Assembly: GCA_963759165.1 (NCBI GenBank)
Contig: CAVWXK010000001.1
Span: 666,260 to 730,259, forward strand
DNA: 64,000 bases
Source: an uncultured Pseudomonadota bacterium
GTDB taxonomy: Bacteria; Desulfobacterota; Binatia; Binatales; Binataceae
Direction of reading: 5' to 3'
In this document: in pieces, positions 1 to 9,253 of the stretch
Numbering within the stretch: position 1 is the first letter of the stretch
Layout: the number at the start of each line of letters is the position of its first letter
Notes under the pieces: generated by a model
What the model was told of the DNA's origin: nothing
What the model saw: only the letters and a program-made list of their open reading frames with translations
Databases searched by the model: none
Position numbers and translations under genes: made by a program

Positions 1-2
1 CA

Positions 3-1331
3 TCGCCTGCTTCTGCAGCTTTGAAAATGGATCTCGGCGGCTACTTCGACGCTTACGGCGTATACGCTGACAACCACGATGCCGGCGGCGTCAATTCCCT
101 GCAGAAATACGCTTTCCGCCGCAACTCGGATGTCTACGTTAACGGCGAAACCACCCTCGACAACGGCCTGACGGTCGGCGCGCACACCGAACTCGCTGTT
201 GGCAACAACAACGCAGACGGCGCGGCTAACATGGGCAACAACGGCGTGAGCGTCAATGAAGTCTATGCTTACGGTTCCGGCGGCTGGGGCCGCGTCAACT
301 TCGGCACCGAAGACGGCGCTGCTTACCTGCTGCAGGTAGCCGCTCCTTCCGCCGACTCCAACATAGACGGTCTGCGCACGCAAATTCAGGCGCTGAACCC
401 GTCCGCGAATACGCAATCCGCCTTCCTCCAGACCGTCCTGGGCACCGCGGGCACTTCAGCCGGCGGCAACAACCCGCTCGGCAATTCCGGCACGGACGCT
501 TTCTCCGCGGTCAGAACCGGCAACATGGACTATCAAATGGCTGACTTCCGCCAGACCGACCGCCTGACCTACCTGACGCCGAAGTTCAACGGCTTCCAGG
601 GCGGCATTTCCTACGCGCCGCAGCCGGGCATGGTTTCTTCGACCGGCGGCATGAACCTGAATAACGTTGCTTCAGCCGGTGGTGATTTTAATGTCCCGGG
701 CACGGCAAGCTACAAGAACCTGTGGGAAGCGGCCGCCCGTTGGGACGGCGAATACCAGGGCTTCGCCGGCAGCATCGGCGGCGGCTACAGCGACTCCAGC
801 CTGGCTGGCTCTGCTCTTACGGCAGCACAGCTCGTTGCTACCAATGCCCTCGACGCAACTCTTACCAAGGGGATCAAGAGCTGGAACGGCGGCGCTAGCG
901 TTTCCAACTCCGGCTTCAGCCTCGGCGGTGCTTACAAGAGAACCTCCACGGCTGCCATGGGCTACACGCTGGTCGGCGGCGACGCTACCGACATCGGTAG
1001 CGGCGACATCGTCAGCAACACCTATGTCGGCGGTCTTGGCTATGACAACGGCCCGTACCATGTCGGCGCAAGCTACATGCATGACCGCACCAAGCAAGAC
1101 GCTATCAGCGGCGCCGACCACTACCTCGTCGGCGAGAACTACACCGATACCCGCTACACGCTCGGCGGCGGTTACACCTTCGCTCCCGGCATGACCTTCC
1201 GCGGTTCCGTGGCCTGGGGCAAATTCGATGATTCGTCCATCGCAGGCGTCGGCGCCCTTCAAGGCCCCGCCGCTACAAACGGCAGCAACCGTTACGACCA
1301 GGTTGCCATTGGAGCTGACATCCAGTTCTAA
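3..1331 (+). CDS. Outer-membrane porin (beta-barrel), 5' end probably outside the window
   Basis: The frame of ORF 21..1331 stays open back to base 3 and no signal peptide is visible. The sequence is Gly/Asn/Tyr-rich with an alternating strand pattern and ends ...GADIQF; a terminal Phe is typical of OM barrels. A hairpin plus T-run follows. Confidence 0.7.
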   Translation, partial: SPASAALKMDLGGYFDAYGVYADNHDAGGVNSLQKYAFRRNSDVYVNGETTLDNGLTVGAHTELAVGNNNADGAANMGNNGVSVNEVYAYGSGGWGRVNFGTEDGAAYLLQVAAPSADSNIDGLRTQIQALNPSANTQSAFLQTVLGTAGTSAGGNNPLGNSGTDAFSAVRTGNMDYQMADFRQTDRLTYLTPKFNGFQGGISYAPQPGMVSSTGGMNLNNVASAGGDFNVPGTASYKNLWEAAARWDGEYQGFAGSIGGGYSDSSLAGSALTAAQLVATNALDATLTKGIKSWNGGASVSNSGFSLGGAYKRTSTAAMGYTLVGGDATDIGSGDIVSNTYVGGLGYDNGPYHVGASYMHDRTKQDAISGADHYLVGENYTDTRYTLGGGYTFAPGMTFRGSVAWGKFDDSSIAGVGALQGPAATNGSNRYDQVAIGADIQF

Positions 1332-1353
1332 TCGACTGACTTGATACGAATAA

Positions 1354-1391
1354 AGAGAGAGAGGCGCTCGCAAGGTGCCTCTCTTTTTTTT
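1354..1391 (+). terminator. Rho-independent terminator after the porin gene
   Basis: GAGAGGCGC-tcgcaag-GTGCCTCTC stem followed by a run of 9 T. Confidence 0.8.
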
Positions 1392-1476
1392 CGCCGCCGC
1401 GCCTTATGCAGAAAAGCGATGGCGCGGCCACAGCTTTCTTGACACCGACGGACCAGCCATTGGTATGATCAATTAA

Positions 1477-1553
1477 GTGCCCGTAGCTCAGCCGGATAGA
1501 GCAGGTGCCTTCTAAGCATCAGGTCGGGGATTCGAATCTCTCCGGGCACACCA
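1477..1553 (+). tRNA. tRNA-Arg (anticodon TCT), CCA encoded
   Basis: Hand fold gives acceptor GTGCCCG/CGGGCAC, D arm GCTC-AGCCGGATA-GAGC, anticodon stem GGTGC/GCATC with loop CTTCTAA, and T loop TTCGAAT. The T stem pairs weakly by eye. Confidence 0.85.
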
Positions 1554-1569
1554 TTTTGAAAGCCTTGTT

Positions 1570-2655
1570 ATGAAGATCACACTTGCCGATATGCAGCACC
1601 TCGCAAGGGATAGAGGCGGCCAATGCTTGTCGCAGAAATATATCGGCACTAATTCCAAGCTAATTTGGCAGTGCAAGGAAGGTCACCAATGGGAAGCTGT
1701 CCCCCACAATATCAAGCGGGGACGATGGTGTCCTGCCTGCGCGCGTATGAAGTACGGTACGCTCGAAGAGATGCAGCGGATAGCCACGCAACGCGGAGGT
1801 CAGTGCTTATCAACAGAATATACGAATAGCCAGACCCGGCTAACCTGGCAATGTAGAGAAGGGCATCAATGGCGGTCCATTCCTGAATCGGTTAAGCAGG
1901 GGAGTTGGTGCCCTGTCTGTCGAGGTACGCAGGTCGGCTCGATCGAGGAAATGCAGAGGATCGCGACAAACAGAGGCGGCCTCTGTTTGTTGAGCGAATA
2001 CACCAATCGGCGAACGAAGCTAACATGGCAATGTGCCGACGGCCATCAGTGGCAGGCCGTTCCCGGCAATATCAAATCGGGCAAATGGTGTCCCGTTTGT
2101 GCCGGTGGACAAACAGGCACGATTAAGGAGATGCGCGGAATCGCAAGAACACGCGGAGGTAAGTGCCTATCACGGAAATATATAAACAACCGCGCCAAGC
2201 TCACGTGGCAGTGCGAAGAGGGGCATCAGTGGGAGGCTTCCGCTAGTAATATCAAACAGGGAACCTGGTGCCCATTCTGTGCCGGCATGAACAAAGGCAC
2301 AATTGAGGAAATGCGGAAGATAGCGATGAATAGAGGCGGTCAATGTTTATCAGAGGAATATATTAACAACGATTTCAAGCTGACGTTTCGATGCAAACAC
2401 GGCCATGAGTGGCAGGCCGCTCCGAGCGGCATCACACAGGGGCATTGGTGCTTCGTCTGTGCCTCCAACGCAAAGAAAGGCACGATTGAGGATATGCAGA
2501 GAATGGCCGACAGCAAGGGTGGCAAATGCTTGTCGACGGATTATATAAGCAACAACTCCACGTTAACCTGGCAGTGCGAGAATGGGCATCAGTGGGAGGT
2601 GTCTCCTAAGCGCGTTAAGCTGGGGCACTGGTGTCCTCTTTGTGTAAGAAAGAAG
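1570..2655 (+). repeat. Six in-frame coding repeats, period ~180 bp
   Basis: Repeat starts fall at about 1570, 1759, 1939, 2119, 2299 and 2482. The copies have diverged, so this is not a recent duplication. Confidence 0.85.
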
Positions 2656-2658
2656 TAG
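1570..2658 (+). CDS. Protein made of six tandem ~60-aa zinc-ribbon-like repeats
   Basis: The unit [TS]IEEMQRIAxxRGGxCLSxxYxNxxxKLTWQCxEGHQWxAxPxxIKxGxWCPxC occurs six times. Each unit has a C..H...C..C ligand set. Confidence 0.85.
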   Translation: MKITLADMQHLARDRGGQCLSQKYIGTNSKLIWQCKEGHQWEAVPHNIKRGRWCPACARMKYGTLEEMQRIATQRGGQCLSTEYTNSQTRLTWQCREGHQWRSIPESVKQGSWCPVCRGTQVGSIEEMQRIATNRGGLCLLSEYTNRRTKLTWQCADGHQWQAVPGNIKSGKWCPVCAGGQTGTIKEMRGIARTRGGKCLSRKYINNRAKLTWQCEEGHQWEASASNIKQGTWCPFCAGMNKGTIEEMRKIAMNRGGQCLSEEYINNDFKLTFRCKHGHEWQAAPSGITQGHWCFVCASNAKKGTIEDMQRMADSKGGKCLSTDYISNNSTLTWQCENGHQWEVSPKRVKLGHWCPLCVRKK

Positions 2659-2968
2659 CGATAGCGCCTATAGCGTGCCCGGTGTCATCGTGACACCCAA
2701 CAGATTAGCCAGAGGGGTGAGGTGCCACGCAGCATTGGGCAGGTGATACTGTCGCCTAGGAATTCTTCATTCCGTACATTACAATTGACCCAGAAGTGAA
2801 CGTCCCGGCTTTCGCCACGAATTGTATCGCGTTGGCGGTGGAGATTGCCGGTGCGGTCAGTGCCAAAGCGTGGTAGCTCCCCCTGTAGCGGTACTGGTGT
2901 AGACCGCCAGAGATGGTGGCCTGCATGTGTAAGAAAACAGTGATGACGCTTCCATAAGCGTCGTACCC

Positions 2969-5900
2969 CTATACATACCCTTGAATTTCACAACCGCCAG
3001 CACCGCCAGCGCCGGAAGTTCCTGTATAACTGCCGCCCCCGCCGCCGCCCGGAGATGCGCCCGTTGTGGCTGTTGTTGTTCCAATAGAGCCAGCACCGCC
3101 AGCACCGCCATATACGGACGTTCCACCAGCTGCTGCGGTGACAGAATCACCGGGGCCACCGCCACCGCCTCCCCATTGTGAATTGCCTCCAACAGAGGTG
3201 CCGCCACCGGGATCTCCGCTGCCACCGCCGCCGCCGTATAAGGCCCATCCGCCTGACGAACCATTCCCTCCACCCCCGCCGCCGCCATAAACAGCACCAC
3301 CAGTTCCTTGAGTCGATCCTGTATGCTGCTCCCAAGATGGTCCACCCGCCCCGCCAGCAGTGGTCACTGCATCTGCACCCAATCCGCTTGTCATGCTGGC
3401 CGCATGGTTAGAAAATCCACTACCTCCACCGCCACCGCCACCACTCGTCGCATTCGCAGTCCCACCCGCCCCCGCGCCACCACCATAAGCTGTAACAAAC
3501 GAGCCAAATGTCGACGAGTTACCATGATTTCCGGCAGTGGCAGCTGTAGTTTGCGCTATGCCGCCGGCACCAATTGTCACCGTCGTCGCTGTATTCACTG
3601 CACCTATTGTTGCGGATAAAATATCAAATGGAACGCAAGCACCACCGCCACCACCGCCGCCACCGCCACCGCCAGTGCTCGTGGCACCTTTTCCGCCTGA
3701 CCCACCAGCCCCCCAAAGAAATCCCGTGAATGACGTATAACCGGGCGGGTTATAGAATGTCATTGAGGATGTGACGCGGGTATTGAACCCTTTGTGGACA
3801 AGAGTATGGAAGTTCGTCCCATCAGACTGGAATAATCTTTCCTCGCCTGGGTACATGACGAAACCAGTTGCAGCCGCGATACCATCGAGCGTTCCGCTTG
3901 AAGATTTTATCGTCAGAGCCGCCTGTGATGTGCCGTTATTTTTAAAAATTGCCCACCAGCCGTTCCCAAGCGTTGCAGCAGAAACTATCGTCCACGTGGC
4001 CGCGCTTGCGCCCGTGAAGCTGATGTAGGAATTATTGTCTGTTGTCGTCGGAGCGTATGTGGTGCTTTGCGTGCTGTATGTCAGCGCGGAAGGACCCCCA
4101 CCCCCACTGACAGCGGCAGCAACGTACGCAGTAGTTGCGATCTTCGTTGAGTTATCTCCCGATGACTGCGTGGTTGTGGTCGGGCTGCCAGCGAGAGCGA
4201 CGCTGCTTTTTATTGTAGTCGCTAATGTCCCGCTCGTCGTGACATCTCCCGATAGGTCGCCATTTGTTACTGACGTCGAGCCAGAGAATTTCGAGAGGTT
4301 GCCAGAGGAAGGCGAGCCTGTTGTGGTAACAGTTCCACCCCCACTGGCAGCTACTGCAGCAGTAACGAACCCAGTTGTCGCCACTTTTGTCGAGTTATCT
4401 CCCGGAGATTGTGTCGTCGTTGTGGGAGATCCCGGGAGTGACGCACTGCTTCCAAGCGTAGTGAGCGAGGAAGTGACGACGTTGGACGCGAGCGTGGTTC
4501 CAGTCAATGTTCCCGCGGGGGCTACAACCACATTGGTCGATGCAGCCGTAAGCTGGCCTTGCGCATTGACCGTGAAACTGGGAATCGCCGTTGAAGAGCC
4601 ATATGACGATGCGCTGACGGTCGTGTTGGTGATTGCAAACGTGCTGCCAGAAAGCGTCAAGCCCGTCCCCGCAACGTATGTGCCGGTGCCTGCGACCTGA
4701 GTGAACACGATATTTGACGTTCCAACGGTGATCGTCCCCGTTGTGATTAGCTGGAACGTAGTCGCCGCATATACCGTCCCGCTTTGAATAAAACCGCTGT
4801 CGCCAGGCTGGATCGTCGCGGAGCTATTGAAATCGGTCGTGCGTGTCAGAACATATTGTGCGCCTGCTCCGCCTGCGTTCGTGACCGTATAGATTCCATT
4901 ATTTGCCTGAGTCGCCTCTTCCCATACCAAGATTCGTTGACCTGCAGAAACTGAGCTGCCATCAACCGTCAATGCGCCGTTCGAGTTCGCTGTCAGTGTC
5001 GCGCCGACGCCGGAACTGCCATTGTTATAAGTGTTCGCCGGAAGCGCGCCCGTGGTCGCGTAGTTGCACGCGGCTTTATTTGGGGCATTGGCAAGGGCCG
5101 TGTTCACTGCGGTCGTGACATAGGCGGTCGTTGCGACATTTGTTGAGTTATCCCCCGATGACTGCGTGGTCGTGGTCGGGCTGCCAGCCAGAGCGACACT
5201 GCTTTTGATGCTTGTCGCAAAGCTGCCGCTGCCGGACCCTGTGACATCGCCGGTCAATGTGATGGTCTGATCCCCCGTGTTCGTGCCGGAGAGGTTCGAT
5301 CCTGTCACAGTCCCTGTCGCTGCGACCGAGGTGGGCGTGATATTACCCAGACCAACCGTAATCGTTCCGCTCGATGTTATCGGCGAGCCGCTGATAGTGA
5401 CACCCTGCGACCCTGATGCCGCAACGCTTGTCACTGTGCCACTACTGCTCGCGGCGTCAACATAGGCTGTAGTGGCTAGCTTAGTGGAATTGTCGCCCGG
5501 CCCCTGTGTTGTGGCATGCCCGTGCAGCACGGACGTGCCATTACCAAAATAAACGTCGCCAACACTTGTGTTGCCGATTTGGACTGTATTGTCGGCAGTG
5601 CAGGTGGCACCGGAGCCTATGGCGGTTCTGTTTGTGGCGGCGGCTCCTCCGGCGCCGGCAGTTGAGGCAGCCTGATAACCAAGATAGGTATTATTACTAC
5701 CTGAAGCCAGACCGTTTCCCGCGAGATACCCCATAGCAGTATTGTAGGCACCGCTTATGTTACTACTCATTACCAAATAGCCAACGCCAGTGTTGTATCC
5801 GCCGGATGAGTTTACGGCTAAGGCGCCAGATCCCACGGCGGTTTGCCCCCCGTTCTGGTTAAGGGCGAGCGCTCCGTAGCCGATGGCGGTAACATCGCTG

Positions 5901-6574
5901 CCGGGGGAACTGACCCACACCGCACTCGCACCGACAACAGTGTTGCGTGAATCGGTTGTCATATCTGTTAATGCTTGGGTTCCAATAGCCACGTTATTCT
6001 GGCCGCTTGTAATGCTGCTTAATGCCTGAGTACCTACCGCTACATTCTCGCTGCCGGAGGTATTAGAGCGCATGGCCACATAGCCGATAGCTACATTATT
6101 CTCCCCCGTGTTATTAGCCGGTGTTGAGGACCCCTGAAGCGCTTCTGAGCCGATGGCAACATTTTGGCTACCGATAGTGTTGATCATGGAATGGTAGCCG
6201 ACGGCTACGTTATCTGTTGCTGTAGTGTTTGCGACTAGGCTGCCGATGCCAACGCCCGTATTGTTGGCACCTGAATTATTGGCCCCGGCTCCGCTCCCCA
6301 TGATAAGTATGGTTGACTCATCGCTGACGACATCGCTGAGGTTGCCCAAATCCAGTGAGATGTTCGCGGTCCCGTTAAAGGAAACGCCGGCGATTGTTCT
6401 TGCGGTCTCCAGTGCGGTTGCTGTAGCGGCGTTTCCGTCGATGGAGGCAACCCCGGTGAAGTTGCCTGAACCGTCCACGGTCACTGTGGAGTCCTGAATG
6501 ACCGTGCCTGAAGTGCCGTTCCATCTTGCAATGGCTGTATCCGTTGAAGAGCCTGGTCCTGTAACATTAGCCAT
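2969..6574 (-). CDS. Phage-tail-fibre-like / adhesin-like giant protein with a Gly-rich C-terminal domain
   Basis: The N-terminus has a GNAATATALETARTIAGVSFNGTANI fibre-repeat motif. A block of NxA[IV]GxxA[LM] repeats resembles Hep/Hag (YadA-head) repeats. The motif (S/P)GDNST(K/N)xATT(A/G)(Y/F)V occurs four times. The C-terminus has runs of up to 11 Gly. Confidence 0.75.
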   Translation of the reverse strand: MANVTGPGSSTDTAIARWNGTSGTVIQDSTVTVDGSGNFTGVASIDGNAATATALETARTIAGVSFNGTANISLDLGNLSDVVSDESTILIMGSGAGANNSGANNTGVGIGSLVANTTATDNVAVGYHSMINTIGSQNVAIGSEALQGSSTPANNTGENNVAIGYVAMRSNTSGSENVAVGTQALSSITSGQNNVAIGTQALTDMTTDSRNTVVGASAVWVSSPGSDVTAIGYGALALNQNGGQTAVGSGALAVNSSGGYNTGVGYLVMSSNISGAYNTAMGYLAGNGLASGSNNTYLGYQAASTAGAGGAAATNRTAIGSGATCTADNTVQIGNTSVGDVYFGNGTSVLHGHATTQGPGDNSTKLATTAYVDAASSSGTVTSVAASGSQGVTISGSPITSSGTITVGLGNITPTSVAATGTVTGSNLSGTNTGDQTITLTGDVTGSGSGSFATSIKSSVALAGSPTTTTQSSGDNSTNVATTAYVTTAVNTALANAPNKAACNYATTGALPANTYNNGSSGVGATLTANSNGALTVDGSSVSAGQRILVWEEATQANNGIYTVTNAGGAGAQYVLTRTTDFNSSATIQPGDSGFIQSGTVYAATTFQLITTGTITVGTSNIVFTQVAGTGTYVAGTGLTLSGSTFAITNTTVSASSYGSSTAIPSFTVNAQGQLTAASTNVVVAPAGTLTGTTLASNVVTSSLTTLGSSASLPGSPTTTTQSPGDNSTKVATTGFVTAAVAASGGGTVTTTGSPSSGNLSKFSGSTSVTNGDLSGDVTTSGTLATTIKSSVALAGSPTTTTQSSGDNSTKIATTAYVAAAVSGGGGPSALTYSTQSTTYAPTTTDNNSYISFTGASAATWTIVSAATLGNGWWAIFKNNGTSQAALTIKSSSGTLDGIAAATGFVMYPGEERLFQSDGTNFHTLVHKGFNTRVTSSMTFYNPPGYTSFTGFLWGAGGSGGKGATSTGGGGGGGGGGGACVPFDILSATIGAVNTATTVTIGAGGIAQTTAATAGNHGNSSTFGSFVTAYGGGAGAGGTANATSGGGGGGGSGFSNHAASMTSGLGADAVTTAGGAGGPSWEQHTGSTQGTGGAVYGGGGGGGNGSSGGWALYGGGGGSGDPGGGTSVGGNSQWGGGGGGPGDSVTAAAGGTSVYGGAGGAGSIGTTTATTGASPGGGGGGSYTGTSGAGGAGGCEIQGYV

Positions 6575-6838
6575 TGTAAATGTTCCTTTTGTGAGAGAAG
6601 AGGTTGCGGGGAAAGCGGTATGGTTGGGATGCTAGAGCAAAAGAATTAAGAAGTAGTGAAGGGGCGATAAAGCGCTGCGTGAGTGCGGTCGCGGATGACC
6701 GTGTCGCCGCGAAACAAGTAGATACGGCTAAAATGCCGCGTTCAGACTGTGAGATTACAAAGCGTGATTGCGAGGGCGAGGTGCTAACGGGACGGGCCGT
6801 CAGGCTTTCGCGGCCAGTCGCGGCGGAGTTGCCGGGGC

Positions 6839-7197
6839 GGAGTCGGCGGTTTTTTGGAGAACCGCGACGAGAAAAAATCCGGCAACGGCGACAGAAGCGC
6901 TGCGGCGCCGGTCAGGAACCGTGATATCGGTGTACGAACCTTCGCAAGCGGCTTGAGGAAGCGACTCAGCTCTGGTTTCAGGAAGCGAGACTGGCTCAGC
7001 GTGTCCGCGTCGATGGCGGCCTGAGTGGGGGGAGTCGGCGGTTTTGCTAAAAACCGCGATGCAGCGATGCCCGGCAATGGCGGGGAAAGAGCAGCGCCCG
7101 TTATGAACCGGGATATTGGCCGGCGAACCTTGGCAACCTGGTTGAAGAGGCGGCTCAGCTTGGGTTGCAAGAAGCGAGAGCCGCTCAGCGTGCGCGT
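6839..7197. repeat. Two tandem diverged ~170-bp units (offset 192 bp) downstream of the relaxase gene
   Basis: Unit A (6839-7008) and unit B (7031-7197) both begin GGAGTCGGCGGTTTT...AACCGCGA (internal hairpin) and end GAAGCGAG..GCTCAGCGTG.GCG. Identity is roughly 70% by eye. Confidence 0.7.
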
Positions 7198-8672
7198 TTG
7201 GGGCCGTCTCTGGCGCGTTGCTCCACGAGCTGTCTCTCACGTTCTTCATTTTCAGCCTGAAGCTCGCGGGCGAGTTCCTGCTCGCGAACGTAGCGGTCGC
7301 GTTCCTCCGCGTCCTTGACGGCAAGGTCATGGAGGCGCAGCGCGTGCAGTTCCTCGCGATTCTCGATTTCCAGTTTGTTCGTCCGCTGTAAAAACGCGGC
7401 GTAGTCGTCACGCTCCTGCTTCTGGCGCGCGGCGAATCTTTGTTGTTCGCGCTGGCGCTCGGCTTCGCGCTCTGCGGCGCGGGCCGGAGAAAAGAAGCTC
7501 CAGACGGAGTCGATGACGCCGTCGAAACTGGCGCGCGCCTGTTTCTGCCGGCGCCGGAGGTCTTCCGCTTCCCGCCGGTCGTTGGCGTCGCGCCGGTCGA
7601 GGTTTTCGCGGATATTGCGGTCGAGATCAGCGCGGAGTTGGTCCATTTCTGCTCTCTGGGATTCGACGAGCTTGCGGCCCTCCTCGGCCTGACGCTCGGC
7701 GAGAGCTTTTCCGAGGGCCTCGGTTTGGGCTTGCGCGGGGTCTGACGCCGGTTCGGGAGGTTTGTCCGCGGGTTTGTCTTCCTGTTGTTGGGGTTGCTCG
7801 TGAGGTTCCTGCTGCGCGGGCTGCTGCTCCGTGGTTTCCTGCTTCTGAGTTTCCTGCTGGCGTTGCCGTTGAAGCTCGGTCGCCTGTGCCGCGGTGGGGA
7901 GGGTCTCGCGGTCGATGCCTTTCATGAATTCACGCAATTCGGCGGCCTTGCTGTCGCGGATCTGGCGACCGAGGCTGTGAATGCTCCCGGTCTCGTCGAC
8001 GATCACGAAGTCGCGGCGGTCGCCTTTGGCGAGAATGTAGCCCTGCTCTTCGAGGGCCACCTTGAAGGCCTGGGCGTTGTCGGAGGCCTGTTTGAGGGCG
8101 GTGATCTGGTCCTTGCGGGTGGCGGGGTCGATGCCGGTGCGCTCTCCCTGCTGCCATTCGGCCTGATTGGCTTCGGCTCTGGGGAATTCGGGCTGCTTGT
8201 CGCGATCCCGCTTTGCGTGCTTGCCGGGCACCTGCTCATGTCCGAATTCAAGTTCCAGGAGCTGGCTGGCCCGCTCGTGAGCGAGATAATTCTGGCTGTC
8301 CGAGCGCAGGACCATGCGGTCGATGTCGGTGCGCGCCCAGACGACGTGGATGTGCTCGCGGCCGTGCTTCTCATGCATGACGACGGCGCGAGGCTGGCCC
8401 TCAAGGTGGAGTTCTTTTTCGAGGACATCGACGGCGCGCTGCCACTGGTCCCGCGTCATGGTGTAGTCCTTGGCGGGGTCGATATTGGCGTGGTAAAGGC
8501 CCTTGGTGCCGCGCGTCCCCTCGCTAATCGTCTGCCAGTCGCGGAAGGCCTCTGCAAGGTTGGAAGTCGGGAACTGGATTTCGAGGATTTCCACCTTCTC
8601 ATTGGTGTCAAGCCGCTGGAGGTGCCAAGCGAGCTGGCCCGGTGCCGCGCGGCTGCCACCCTTGATAATCAT
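7185..8672 (-). CDS. Relaxase / mobilisation nuclease (MobA/VirD2-type) with a long Glu/Arg/Gln-rich coiled C-terminus
   Basis: N-terminus reads MIIKGGSRAAPGQLAWHL...HANIDPAKDY...HEKHGREHIHVVWARTD (His triad). Its ATG overlaps the mobC stop (ATGA). Confidence 0.85.
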   Translation of the reverse strand: MIIKGGSRAAPGQLAWHLQRLDTNEKVEILEIQFPTSNLAEAFRDWQTISEGTRGTKGLYHANIDPAKDYTMTRDQWQRAVDVLEKELHLEGQPRAVVMHEKHGREHIHVVWARTDIDRMVLRSDSQNYLAHERASQLLELEFGHEQVPGKHAKRDRDKQPEFPRAEANQAEWQQGERTGIDPATRKDQITALKQASDNAQAFKVALEEQGYILAKGDRRDFVIVDETGSIHSLGRQIRDSKAAELREFMKGIDRETLPTAAQATELQRQRQQETQKQETTEQQPAQQEPHEQPQQQEDKPADKPPEPASDPAQAQTEALGKALAERQAEEGRKLVESQRAEMDQLRADLDRNIRENLDRRDANDRREAEDLRRRQKQARASFDGVIDSVWSFFSPARAAEREAERQREQQRFAARQKQERDDYAAFLQRTNKLEIENREELHALRLHDLAVKDAEERDRYVREQELARELQAENEERERQLVEQRARDGPKRAR

Positions 8673-9040
8673 GGGTCGGGACCGTGCTTTTTGCCGAGCG
8701 CGGCATTAATCCGGTTTAGTATATCGAGGCAAGCGCGAAGGACTTGCTGCAGCTCTGGAAGCTTGGCCTTTTCTCCGGAGTTAAGGGCACGCGCTATCTG
8801 GTTGATATTGTTGCCAAGCCGCCCGACCTGGCCCAGATACTGGCGGAGCGCCTTGTGGTCGACGGGCGGGCGGCGCTGGGCGCGGGGGCCGACGTCGCCG
8901 TCGAGGGCGGCGGCGCGCAGGAAGGCGGTAAAAGCGAGACCGGCCTTGTCGGCCTTGGCGGCGATTCGGTTGAATTCGTCGTCCATGAGGCGCATGGAAC
9001 ACCGTTTATTCCGTTGCCGTTTATCGCTGCCGCTGGCCAT
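8669..9040 (-). CDS. mobC: MobC-family relaxosome accessory protein
   Basis: RCSMRLMDDEFNRIAAKADKAGL...LGQVGRLGNNINQIARALN is the classic MobC signature. Confidence 0.85.
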   Translation of the reverse strand: MASGSDKRQRNKRCSMRLMDDEFNRIAAKADKAGLAFTAFLRAAALDGDVGPRAQRRPPVDHKALRQYLGQVGRLGNNINQIARALNSGEKAKLPELQQVLRACLDILNRINAALGKKHGPDP

Positions 9041-9058
9041 CGCTGCACCTAAACCCTG

Positions 9059-9229
9059 TCATGGCGGGCATCCCAGGAGCGTGCGGACATATTCTTCGAG
9101 CGTCAGGCCATATTGGGCGGCCTTGGCCGTCAGCATGGCCTCCTGCTCGTCGGTTAATTCGAGGTCAACAGCGTGGGTGCGCATCGTCCATTTGTCGATG
9201 ACCGGGTATCTGTCTGTCGTGGCGCTCAT
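9059..9229 (-). CDS. Small putative ribbon-helix-helix DNA-binding protein (relaxosome/regulatory)
   Basis: The ATG at 9229 is preceded by AAGGA. The C-terminus ...LTDEQEAMLTAKAAQYGLTLEEYVRTLL is RHH/CopG-like. It sits directly upstream of mobC. Confidence 0.5.
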   Translation of the reverse strand: MSATTDRYPVIDKWTMRTHAVDLELTDEQEAMLTAKAAQYGLTLEEYVRTLLGCPP

Positions 9230-9253
9230 GGTTGCCTGTCCTTTCGTTCCTGC

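Noticed and set aside
2981-4700. Several Pro-rich or Val-rich + strand ORFs (for example 3066..3290 and 4035..4700).
   Set aside because: They are mirror images of the Gly- and Thr-rich tail-fibre-like gene on the minus strand.
6604-7411. ORFs 6604..6924 (+), 6784..7170 (-), 6800..7411 (-) and 7025..7318 (+).
   Set aside because: They overlap one another on both strands and merely translate the tandem DNA repeat. They are Arg/Pro/Ser-rich and have no start context.
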